Shown piece by piece: positions 55,588 to 63,794 of a stretch of DNA of 64,000 bases (within the stretch, counting starts at the first letter, position 1; the number at the start of each line of letters is the position of its first letter). The stretch is from an uncultured Clostridia bacterium (lineage in GTDB: Bacteria > CAYTYR01 > UBA6262), in NCBI GenBank assembly GCA_964441745.1, contig CAYTYR010000001.1, forward strand, positions 130,754 to 194,753. Reading direction: 5' to 3'. The notes beneath the pieces were generated by a model that was given only the letters and a program-made list of their open reading frames with translations, did no database searches and had not been told where the DNA came from. Made by a program: the position numbers and the translations under genes.

Positions 55588-56373
55588 TTAAATATATTGC
55601 GACATTTCTCTCTTTGGAAGTCTATTCTTCAATTGCCTCAATTCTTCCAGCTCTTTCCCATATTCCTGGGCTATAACCCCAGCTATTTCTTCTATCCCTA
55701 TATCTCCGACTATTTCCCGCTGATCTGCATAATCGCCGCCTGCTGCCTGCTCTTTCAGTTCCTTCAGCTTTTCTTTAATGAACTTTGTCCGGCCTAATAT
55801 AAACCCGCCATATACTTCCTTGAATGGATCTGCTTTATGATTTATTCCTTCTTCGTTAAATTCACGATAACTCATTGTGTCTAGGAATATCACCTGGCTG
55901 ATCTGCGCCTTGTCTATATATCCGTCTCCTTCTTTTGTGAGATACCCCTTATAGCTAGACCACTTGTATTCTTCTGGCTTTTTAGCCATCCCGGCCCTGA
56001 CCGGATTCAAGTGAATATACCTGGTCAGTTCCAATAGGTAGTTGTCCTTATCCACCAGGATAGACTTGTATCTGCCCTGAAAAACATGTCCAGATTTATG
56101 ACATTTGAGATTGTAATAGGTGGTATAGGAGGAATTCACATAGTGCATGATCTTGGAGAGATTGGGCTGGGTGGTTTCCAGCAGCAGATGGTAATGGTTA
56201 TTCATCAAAACATACGCATACAGATAGAAGTTATACTTGGCTTTGGCATTAAGCAGATATTTAAGAAATTGCTGATAATCATAATCACTGACGAAGATCT
56301 TCTTCCGGTCATCGCCACGGCTGGTGATATGATAGCAGCAATTTTCGCCTTGTAATCGATACGGTCTGGCCAT
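55588..56373 (-). pseudogene. IS200-like Y1 transposase/DnaA-HTH fusion, copy 2 (frameshifted: HTH now in another frame at about 55500-55585)
   Basis: The first 128 codons plus 70 bp of 5' flank are identical to copy 1 (52129-52575 vs 55995-56441). The DnaA-like HTH (MKRVTALSNIEIGKYFNISSAAVSK) is out of frame downstream. Confidence 0.6.
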
Positions 56374-56511
56374 AGGTCATATTTTACTATCTTGCTTCTT
56401 CTTTGTCAATCTATTTCCCATTTCAAGGACTGACCCCGTTGATTTTATTCTGGGGATTTAATTCTCATTTATTCAAGATTATTAAAAGCTAATAGAAATT
56501 ATATCTTGAAT

Positions 56512-56640
56512 CTATTTATTTCTTTTTTTAATAACTTCTACTACTGCCGTGCTTGGACGCTGCCGAGCTTTTTCCACAGGGATGAACTCGCCGGTTTTTG
56601 CATCACGGCCAATTTTAAATCCTTTTGTCTTATTAGACAT
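56512..56640 (-). CDS. 42-aa protein MSNKTKGFKIGRDAKTGEFIPVEKARQRPSTAVVEVIKKRNK
   Basis: My own translation; AAAGGAG SD 7 nt upstream. Not in the ORF track (below the length cut). Confidence 0.45.
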   Translation of the reverse strand: MSNKTKGFKIGRDAKTGEFIPVEKARQRPSTAVVEVIKKRNK

Positions 56641-56711
56641 AAATAAGCTCCTTTCATAGTATTTTGATTCATAGTTTGTCTTATGAACCAAAGTTTTGTT
56701 GATTAAATAAT

Positions 56712-57203
56712 TTAAATCTTCTCCACAAATCGTTTCAAAATTGCTTGCGTAATATAAGGATTCTTTTCCGCTATTTTATTTGCAATTGTTATAGCCTCTC
56801 TGCTTACCAGATATCCTTTTTCAACGAGTAATTTCATTAAATTTAAACCCCAAATAGTTTCTATTCCGATTTTATTACACTCAGTAATAAGCTTTTTATC
56901 ACTGCTAATACACGGACAGTTCTTATCACGAGATAGTATAAAACATAATCTATCTTGAAAAGATAGAGGGCCACTTCTCTTAGAAGCTTCTTGTAATTGA
57001 TTCAAGCTCGGCTCAACAGTCACCAGGCCTAAGCTTTCTGCTTGACCCGGTAATATCTGCTGAACCTCTTGAAGAGTAGCTTTTGACACGTAGATTTGTA
57101 AGCAGTGCTTTGAAAATAACTTCAGGATCTTGGGTTCCGTTAGTATATAGTCAATCAATACACTGGCATCACAAATGACTCCCTTTACTGAAGAATCTGC
57201 CAT
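56712..57203 (-). CDS. PIN-domain protein (DUF4411-like)
   Basis: GVICDASVLIDY N-terminal acidic motif of PIN nucleases. Overlaps the upstream XRE-ImmA gene by 19 nt. Confidence 0.55.
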   Translation of the reverse strand: MADSSVKGVICDASVLIDYILTEPKILKLFSKHCLQIYVSKATLQEVQQILPGQAESLGLVTVEPSLNQLQEASKRSGPLSFQDRLCFILSRDKNCPCISSDKKLITECNKIGIETIWGLNLMKLLVEKGYLVSREAITIANKIAEKNPYITQAILKRFVEKI

Positions 57204-58297
57204 GATTTAGTTTTTTCCCTTAAATCAAGAAGTGAAATACCTAATATTTCTGATGCTCTGCTTTGAGATATTTTTTCACTGGTCAATGCGTCTCTGATAA
57301 GACCTTCAAGGTAATCTTCTGAAAAATCTATTTCTTCTAATGGACAAGGTTCTTTATGCCCTTTTAAATCTTTATTAAATCTTCTTTTGTATTCCACGTT
57401 GAAGGATTTCCAAATATCTTTATTAGTAACTCCTTCTTCAATAAGTCTAAATAAAACAGTCCCATAACTTACCTTAAAAATACGTTTCACATAAAATATC
57501 CGTTCTATGGTTGGTAATCCGCGGCCTTCTTCCCAGATACGCTTAAAAATATTTTGAGGCATCAGGAAATACGAAGCAAATATATCCGCCTCTTTTTCTT
57601 CCCGGTCGTTTTCGGCTAATTTGTTAATATCAAAAGAATATTCATGTAAAAGTATATGGGCTAGCTCATGTGCTAAAGTAAATATTTTACGTTCTACGCT
57701 AATATCTTTTGAGTCATTAACTCCTATAGCTGGGCCATAATCATCTTCACTTAAAGAAAATCCAAAACTCCCAGCCATCTTAAAATCGATTGCCGAAATT
57801 ATAATCCCTGCTGATTCTAGAACTGAAGGTAAATCAGGGATGGGGTCTTCTTCACATATCGCTAATTTTGAGCGTACAGACATTGATAGGCTTTTAAGTT
57901 GTTCATTAGAAAAAGATTTCTTAGCTTCTTTCAGCCCAGCTAAACTAAACGGCTTCCTGCAATTGAGAATTTCCTCGAGATTTCTTAAATCCTTAAGTTT
58001 GAAGGCAAATTTATGTACAACGTCTTCTCTTATAAGTATTCCCTTTTTTGAAAGGTTCTGAGATCGGAATCTAAGAGATTTCAATTCAGGGGCAGGTTCA
58101 ATAATAGATTGAATATTTACTTTAAGAGCAGAAGCAATATTATCAAGAGTGGATACCCGTGGCTCTGCTTTTGCCTGCTCAATAGAAATATAAGCAGCTC
58201 TGCTTAACTTTGCTTTTTCAGCAGCTTCTTCTTGAGTAAAGCCGCTTAACAGCCTATATCGTCTTATATTTTTTGCTACTATGTCCTTGATAGACAT
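57185..58297 (-). CDS. XRE-family HTH fused to ImmA/IrrE-family zinc metallopeptidase (COG2856-type)
   Basis: HTH (IVAKNIRRYRLLSGFTQEEAAEKAKLSRAAYISIEQAK) and the HEXXH motif LAHELAHILLH. Start placed at the Met preceded by GGGGGAGGGG (58297). Confidence 0.7.
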   Translation of the reverse strand: MSIKDIVAKNIRRYRLLSGFTQEEAAEKAKLSRAAYISIEQAKAEPRVSTLDNIASALKVNIQSIIEPAPELKSLRFRSQNLSKKGILIREDVVHKFAFKLKDLRNLEEILNCRKPFSLAGLKEAKKSFSNEQLKSLSMSVRSKLAICEEDPIPDLPSVLESAGIIISAIDFKMAGSFGFSLSEDDYGPAIGVNDSKDISVERKIFTLAHELAHILLHEYSFDINKLAENDREEKEADIFASYFLMPQNIFKRIWEEGRGLPTIERIFYVKRIFKVSYGTVLFRLIEEGVTNKDIWKSFNVEYKRRFNKDLKGHKEPCPLEEIDFSEDYLEGLIRDALTSEKISQSRASEILGISLLDLREKTKSWQILQ

Positions 58298-58320
58298 TGC
58301 CCCTCCCCCTTGTGGTAGCA

Positions 58321-58340
58321 TAGTATAGTAAACTATACTA
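58321..58340. promoter_or_regulatory. 8-4-8 palindrome TAGTATAG-TAAA-CTATACTA overlapping a TTGACA-N17-CTATAT promoter for the XRE-ImmA/PIN operon
   Basis: Seen in sequence on the minus-strand sense, 25-45 nt upstream of the ATG. Confidence 0.4.
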
Positions 58341-58378
58341 ATTAATATATAGCATAATATATGTATAGTTGTCAAGTC

Positions 58379-59818
58379 TTATTTAGCCTGTAATATTGCC
58401 TCATGAAGCTTAACCATCGCTAAGGTATCGCGTTTGCAATAAGCGAGTAAATTCCTGCGAATCTTCTCTTTCTCTGTAGGTTTTTCAATTAATCCCATTG
58501 CCATAAAAGCAAAAAGTGCTGCTGCGCTACCGCCTTCTTTAATTTCTAGATCACTATAATCAAGTTCAGCTACCATTACTGGTAAGACCTTCTTAATCGA
58601 GTAGCTACCGCAAAAACCAGGGTGATAATAATGGCTCCTTAGAAGTGCGCAGAGGTCAAAAAGCCGTGCGATAATATTATTCAGAGGATCACTTAAATCG
58701 GGAAAGATTTTTGCGAGACCGCTAATAATACCTTTTTCATATGAAGAATAGACTATAATACTACCTTTACCCTTTAATATAAATACTAGGTTTTCTGCAA
58801 TAGTTCGCCTGCAGTCATGTGAAGGGTCAGCAAGATATTCGAAATGGGCTATTTCTGTACCCGGCGCAGAACATTGGTGGATAGAATATTGAGTTACTAT
58901 TTTCTCATAAGGCCCAATTTCATCATAAATAGGTAAAGCCGTTGCGCAGGTTTCAAAGTCAAGATACCAAGCTGGCCAAATGATTGAGTTTATTTCTTGG
59001 TTTAATTGTGGTGAGACGAAAGACTTTTTGGCACATACTGACTGCCATACTCGTTTTTGTGTATCAGACAGCTTAATACCAGGTGGGATATGATCAATTT
59101 GATAAACACTATGTTCGGATAGCTCCTTAAAGAGCTTTTCTGATATCCTCGGAATATCAAAGATGTGATTACTAATTCCTTGTCCGGAACAAGCTTCGAA
59201 TACAGGACAGTTTTTGCATTCTAAGATCAATTGCGGCTTGGGCGAGATATCTAAATTCAATAACTCACTTAATCGATCGGCTTCTGCATTAAATATATCA
59301 GCCTTTTCTTTTGCTTCACTTGTTATATCCTCTTCAATAAATAAATCTTTTACAGGCATACCTTTTCGATATTCTCCTGAAACCAGCAATAATGATATAG
59401 AGTTAACTTTAATTCCTGCACGAGTCATAACTGCGAATGTATATGCAGCATCTTCAACGTATTCTGGTTTTACATCCTTGCCTGATTTTACTTCTCTAAG
59501 ATGCCAACCTTTACTGTCTTTGTATATAACATCAGCCCTGGCACCCAATCCATCTGCTGAAAACGCAGCTTCAAAAAGAATATGGTTAGTGTGTAGTGCC
59601 TTACCTGTTGCAGCAACTGCCTCCTGCATTGCACCAGGGATTAATACCCCTGAATCATAAAGTAACCGAGCCTTTTCGGTGATCATATTCCCTTCTAAAC
59701 GCCTAAGCTTTATATCTTCGGATACAATTTCAGGCAGTTGATTATTATGTGTTAGCCACCCCAAGCGTGGACAAATAAATGCGTTAAGAAAAGTGGTTTT
59801 TGCTATTAATTTTGCCAT
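58379..59818 (-). CDS. DUF2779-family protein (N-terminal Cas4/RecB-like PD-(D/E)XK nuclease + C-terminal RNase-H-like 3'-5' exonuclease)
   Basis: EVKSGK nuclease motif, Cys cluster ECKNCPVFEAC, and YLDFETCATALP (DEDD-like). Confidence 0.6.
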   Translation of the reverse strand: MAKLIAKTTFLNAFICPRLGWLTHNNQLPEIVSEDIKLRRLEGNMITEKARLLYDSGVLIPGAMQEAVAATGKALHTNHILFEAAFSADGLGARADVIYKDSKGWHLREVKSGKDVKPEYVEDAAYTFAVMTRAGIKVNSISLLLVSGEYRKGMPVKDLFIEEDITSEAKEKADIFNAEADRLSELLNLDISPKPQLILECKNCPVFEACSGQGISNHIFDIPRISEKLFKELSEHSVYQIDHIPPGIKLSDTQKRVWQSVCAKKSFVSPQLNQEINSIIWPAWYLDFETCATALPIYDEIGPYEKIVTQYSIHQCSAPGTEIAHFEYLADPSHDCRRTIAENLVFILKGKGSIIVYSSYEKGIISGLAKIFPDLSDPLNNIIARLFDLCALLRSHYYHPGFCGSYSIKKVLPVMVAELDYSDLEIKEGGSAAALFAFMAMGLIEKPTEKEKIRRNLLAYCKRDTLAMVKLHEAILQAK

Positions 59819-59834
59819 AACTACTCCAATATTC

Positions 59835-60323
59835 TCAGCTTATCTCAAGCCATTTATTGTTTACATAATCTCCTATTCCACTTGGATGAAACGAATTGTA
59901 TAATTTTTCAAATTCCATCTTTGCATTATCATAAGAGTCATTTGGAATGATTTTTGCCCTTTTTGCCAGGTAAAGTAGCCCTATTGTTGGCCCCCTAGAC
60001 ATCCCCTCATCACAATGTACTAACACATTACGACTTTTAATCCAATTATCAATAAAATCTAGAACACTCATAAATGTCTTTGGACCGCTCCAATCGTATA
60101 AATATGCTGCACCATCTACCCAATTTAATGAGAGATGATTATCTTTTTCATAAATTATGTAATTAGGATGGGTTTTATTAGGTTTATTATATTTACGATT
60201 CCAATTCATATACCTGTAATGTATCGTTTGGGTAGCATGGACAAAAGCCCAATCGTTATCGTTAGTATTATTTATATCTTGAATAGACCCAATATAAAGG
60301 TTTGTATTAGGAATCTTTATCAT
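59835..60323 (-). CDS. Cys-based dual-specificity/protein-tyrosine phosphatase
   Basis: VLVHCDEGMSRGPT is the HC(X)5R P-loop signature. Confidence 0.7.
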   Translation of the reverse strand: MIKIPNTNLYIGSIQDINNTNDNDWAFVHATQTIHYRYMNWNRKYNKPNKTHPNYIIYEKDNHLSLNWVDGAAYLYDWSGPKTFMSVLDFIDNWIKSRNVLVHCDEGMSRGPTIGLLYLAKRAKIIPNDSYDNAKMEFEKLYNSFHPSGIGDYVNNKWLEIS

Positions 60324-60423
60324 ATTAGATCTGCCTTAAATTTAATCAGTTTTGTGTCTCCTGATATCTTGGATATCTTCAAGAAGAATAAAGGTCTTTT
60401 CAGGGAGTTTAAGCACAGTGGTT

Positions 60424-61338
60424 CTATTTTGGGAAGCAAAGTTCCCGGTAATTGCAGAAACCACATATTTTCATATTACTGGTCGTAGCAAATTCCTTTT
60501 TCTCTTTCGGGATATTCTGCTCGATGCTTTTAAGCGCTGCGTACATCTCTCCGGTTTCCGTTTTGACCGTATCGCTGAATGCCTTAATATCCGACACACT
60601 AACCTTTATTGAAATCTCCGAATACTTCGGTAGGAGATAGGCTGTCCCAGGGAATATCCTTGCCGGCTCCTTGCTAAAATTGTTTGCTGCCCAGGTAGAG
60701 TAGCCGATAAGCTGTTTTGAATGCTTTTTCTCATCAGGTTTGCCTGTTTTCCAATCAAGTATGAATATATCGCCGTCAACAGGGAAAAGGAAATCCACTT
60801 TGCAGTAGGCTTTCATACCGTCTATCCTGGTTTCGCCATATCCCGGAGGCTCTATTATCCAGCCTGTTTTGTTTGTTATAGCTTTTTCAATTATCCAACG
60901 AAACCTGTCACTTCCGATGAAGTTATTAAGTCCCATCTTCACGTTTTCATAGATCCAGTCAGTATCAATGTTCTTAAGCTGTTTGTAATAGACCTCGGCA
61001 AAAGTTTTGGCACCGCAGTATTCATCCGTTTTCTTTCGCGCGTAATCTAAGAATCTTTCACTGTCGACCGGCTCCTCGCTTTTCAAAAGTCTTTCCAAGA
61101 ATGCCTTTATAGTATCGTGGATGATATTGCCTGTCTCAAGGGCCGTCGAAGTCATAGATTTTAAAGCGTTAATCTTTGAGCGCGGGCACTCAGTATCGTA
61201 TTTTCCGTAATAGTCGAAATAATACTGCCTCCGGCACAGTTTGAACTTGTCGTAACGCGACAATGACCAGCCCAGTATATCCGAGTAATCGTAGCGTTTG
61301 ATGTTATTTAGTTTCTCGTTCATTTTTTTTGCTCCCAT
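60424..61338 (-). CDS. PD-(D/E)XK nuclease with Cas4-like Cys4 (Fe-S) arrangement
   Basis: RIDGMKAYCKVDFLF…ILDWKTGK (D…D/E.K), one N-terminal Cys and a C-terminal CGFCNYRELC. Confidence 0.65.
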   Translation of the reverse strand: MGAKKMNEKLNNIKRYDYSDILGWSLSRYDKFKLCRRQYYFDYYGKYDTECPRSKINALKSMTSTALETGNIIHDTIKAFLERLLKSEEPVDSERFLDYARKKTDEYCGAKTFAEVYYKQLKNIDTDWIYENVKMGLNNFIGSDRFRWIIEKAITNKTGWIIEPPGYGETRIDGMKAYCKVDFLFPVDGDIFILDWKTGKPDEKKHSKQLIGYSTWAANNFSKEPARIFPGTAYLLPKYSEISIKVSVSDIKAFSDTVKTETGEMYAALKSIEQNIPKEKKEFATTSNMKICGFCNYRELCFPK

Positions 61339-61488
61339 TTTCTCTTAATATCCCTATTACAAATACTCCCTTTTTATAAGTTCCTTCTTATAAATATACA
61401 GTATCTTTAGCAGTTATGACAAGCAACTTGCTTTATTACTTTCTTCAGCTAATTTTCAGACAAATTCCCGTTTCAGTGCCTGACCCCG

Positions 61489-61650
61489 TTGTTTTCCTGA
61501 TGAATATTTTCTTCCGGTCATCGCCACGGCTGGTGATATGATAGCAGCAATTTTCGCCTTGTAATCGATACGGTCTGGCCATAGGTCATATTTTACTATC
61601 TTGCTTCTTCTTTGTCAATCTATTTCCCATTTCAAGGACTGACCCCGTTG
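61489..61650 (-). mobile_element. Miniature remnant of the Y1-transposase element (first ~36 codons + 5' flank only), bounded by CTGACCCCGTTG on both sides
   Basis: 61507-61650 is identical to 52437-52575 and 56301-56441. Confidence 0.6.
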
Positions 61651-61690
61651 TCTCTGTTTCATGACCCCGTTGTCTCTGACTGACCCCGTT
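61636..61690. repeat. Three tandem GACCCCGTTGTCTCT units (REP-like)
   Basis: CTGACCCCGTTGTCTCTG-TTTCAT-GACCCCGTTGTCTCTGACT-GACCCCGTTGTCTCTG seen in sequence. A related pair GAACCCGTTACTTCT / GACCCCGTTACTTCC lies at 46908-46938. Confidence 0.6.
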
Positions 61691-62510
61691 GTCTCTGAAG
61701 TAAAGTGAGACATTGGGTTGCTCTTACCGAAGCTTCGTAAAAGGACCCTTCCTTTTCCAAATAATCTTTGAATTCCTTAAGCTTCGAGATTAATACTTTC
61801 TTATTATTTCTGGCTTTAATAACAGCTTCAGAAGCATTGTCATTTTGGGTTAATAGTAACACGCCTTTGACTGGCAAATCAATACTAGCAAAATGGTAAT
61901 GATTGACTAACTTGATAGCTCCAAGAAGGGCCAGCTCTTCCCTTGCTTCAGGAGAAGCTCTAATTCCAATTTTCTCTTGAAAAAGCATTGCAACTCGATC
62001 CTGTAGGAATACCAATCGCTCATAAGGCTCATGACAGTCCCTATGCTGTAGAGTCCCATCCCCCTCTTGAAATGGAAAAGAGTCACTCATTGCCTCAAGC
62101 ACTAAGTTAAGTGCAAAAATACAATCTTGATCTAAGAAAAGTTGATGATCGGAATATACTTTCTTAAGTTTATCATATTCCCCGGAAGGTACCGGTTCAT
62201 TCATCCATCCTTCATCCGGATCGTATCCTACCTCAGACCACCTTCTCTTAGTTTCAGCTATATGGCTAAGAATTGAGGCAAAAGCTAACCGTTGATGGTC
62301 AAAAAATAGCGATGTTCGAAGCTGATGAAGTTGGCGCTCATATAAAGCCGCTTGCATATTAGCATTCAATTCTGCTTTATATGCTTCTAGCCTTTGTGCA
62401 TACTCATGCTTTATACTCTCACGTATGCGTTCGGAAATCCAATGGCGAAAGAGCCAGACAATTATAGCGCCAGAAAGACCGCCTGATACTATATTGAGCA
62501 TTAATTCCAT
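61691..62510 (-). CDS. Membrane-anchored hypothetical protein (N-terminal TM helix + roughly 250-aa cytoplasmic domain)
   Basis: MELMLNIVSGGLSGAIIVWLF TM segment. The start at 62510 avoids a low-complexity extension, and the 3' end is uncertain because the ORF runs into the repeat array. Confidence 0.4.
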
Positions 62511-62646
62511 AGATATTGCCACCTCCAATCATTAACTATATATTAATTAGGTTTTTAGGAACACTCATAAAATTAACCCTTCTAATCTTGTTTAGTCTTT
62601 GCTGTTTTTTTGCTTCAATATCCCTTGGCTTCCTATGTTTTATTAT

Positions 62647-63648
62647 TTAAAAAGGAATTTCTTCTTCCATTGAGAGCTTATCAATTTTTTCGAGAAATTC
62701 TTTGACTGTATATGCATCTTTAACCCATTCGTTTTTATTGGAAGCCTCTCTTATACGTTGAATCTCTTCCTTCGTAACCCCTCCTTCTAATGATTCAATC
62801 CTTTTCATTATTTTACATGCTATAGAATGTCCATATGAATCTTCTAGCGCAATAAACAATGCTTCACGCATTTTAACTTTTGTTGATGGACTTTTTTGTA
62901 ATATTTTCACTACTTCTATTGCCATATTTTCTGACGACTCTATTGGAACAGACAATGATTGAGTTTCACTAATAAACCCATACGGGTCAAGACCATCCCT
63001 CACATGTATGATTAAAACTCCTTTTGCTACTGCAAAGCCAACTTCATGGTCTGTCCACTTACTTTCTCGAAAATGCGAAGTAAGTAATGCTAAAAATACA
63101 TCCATAGTACTAAGTGCAAGTTTGATCTCGCGTTGCCAAGGCAAAGTTGGTTCAATATCTTCGTGGGCTACAAAAGCCTCTATTTTGTACTTAGAAAGTT
63201 GCTTTTTTAGGTTCACTGCTTCTGTTTTATTTTCGTGTTGATGGCCTATAAACACTTTTAATAAATTTGCATCTCCCCATATTCTAGTTAGATTTTCATC
63301 TGTAATCAATCTTGAAAGTTCTGCAGATGGTTGATCTATAGGTAAAGGACGAATAACTACATTATTTAATACTTGGCTTCCCATACCCCTAAGCACTACT
63401 TGGAGCTTTGACTCAATTTCCTTTTCATATTTACTTAGATTTGATTCGATAGAGGCGAAAAGCTCAATCGATATATCTAAATAAAGAGTATAGTAATATG
63501 TGCCCCCATTCCAATTATCATATTCAGTTTCTTCAATGCTCGCCCTAGCACCCTCAATAATCTTAACAAGCATGGTCTTTTGTTGATGTCGATATAGGCT
63601 TGCCAATGTTGCTATAATACTATCTACATTAAAGGGTATCTCATTCAT
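62647..63648 (-). CDS. TIR-domain protein (C-terminal TIR, N-terminal domain unknown)
   Basis: The C-terminal half KVFIGHQHENKTEAVNLKKQLSKYKIEAFVAHEDIEPTLPWQREIKLALSTMDVFLALLTSHFRESKWTDHEVGFAVAKGVLIIHV follows the TIR pattern (FIShs..d…A..L…L…g…F…I..G..W…I…l…V.v.T..s..S.Wc..E.g.a). Confidence 0.55.
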   Translation of the reverse strand: MNEIPFNVDSIIATLASLYRHQQKTMLVKIIEGARASIEETEYDNWNGGTYYYTLYLDISIELFASIESNLSKYEKEIESKLQVVLRGMGSQVLNNVVIRPLPIDQPSAELSRLITDENLTRIWGDANLLKVFIGHQHENKTEAVNLKKQLSKYKIEAFVAHEDIEPTLPWQREIKLALSTMDVFLALLTSHFRESKWTDHEVGFAVAKGVLIIHVRDGLDPYGFISETQSLSVPIESSENMAIEVVKILQKSPSTKVKMREALFIALEDSYGHSIACKIMKRIESLEGGVTKEEIQRIREASNKNEWVKDAYTVKEFLEKIDKLSMEEEIPF

Positions 63649-63794
63649 TTGTTATTAGGTCCATTTCTTTATTTTCAGGGATATTAAAATAATTATCTAT
63701 ATAACATGCGGTCTATCCAATAATTTCTGTTTAGTTATATCTTTTTTAATTAATTATTATCATGTTCTCGGGATTCCCTCTGCGGATTCAAAAA

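Noticed and set aside
61636-61690. Possible CRISPR array from the repeated GACCCCGTTGTCTCT
   Set aside because: There are only three 15-bp units separated by 6-7 bp, with no spacer-sized unique segments and no cas genes. It is more consistent with REP-like or transposon-end repeats.
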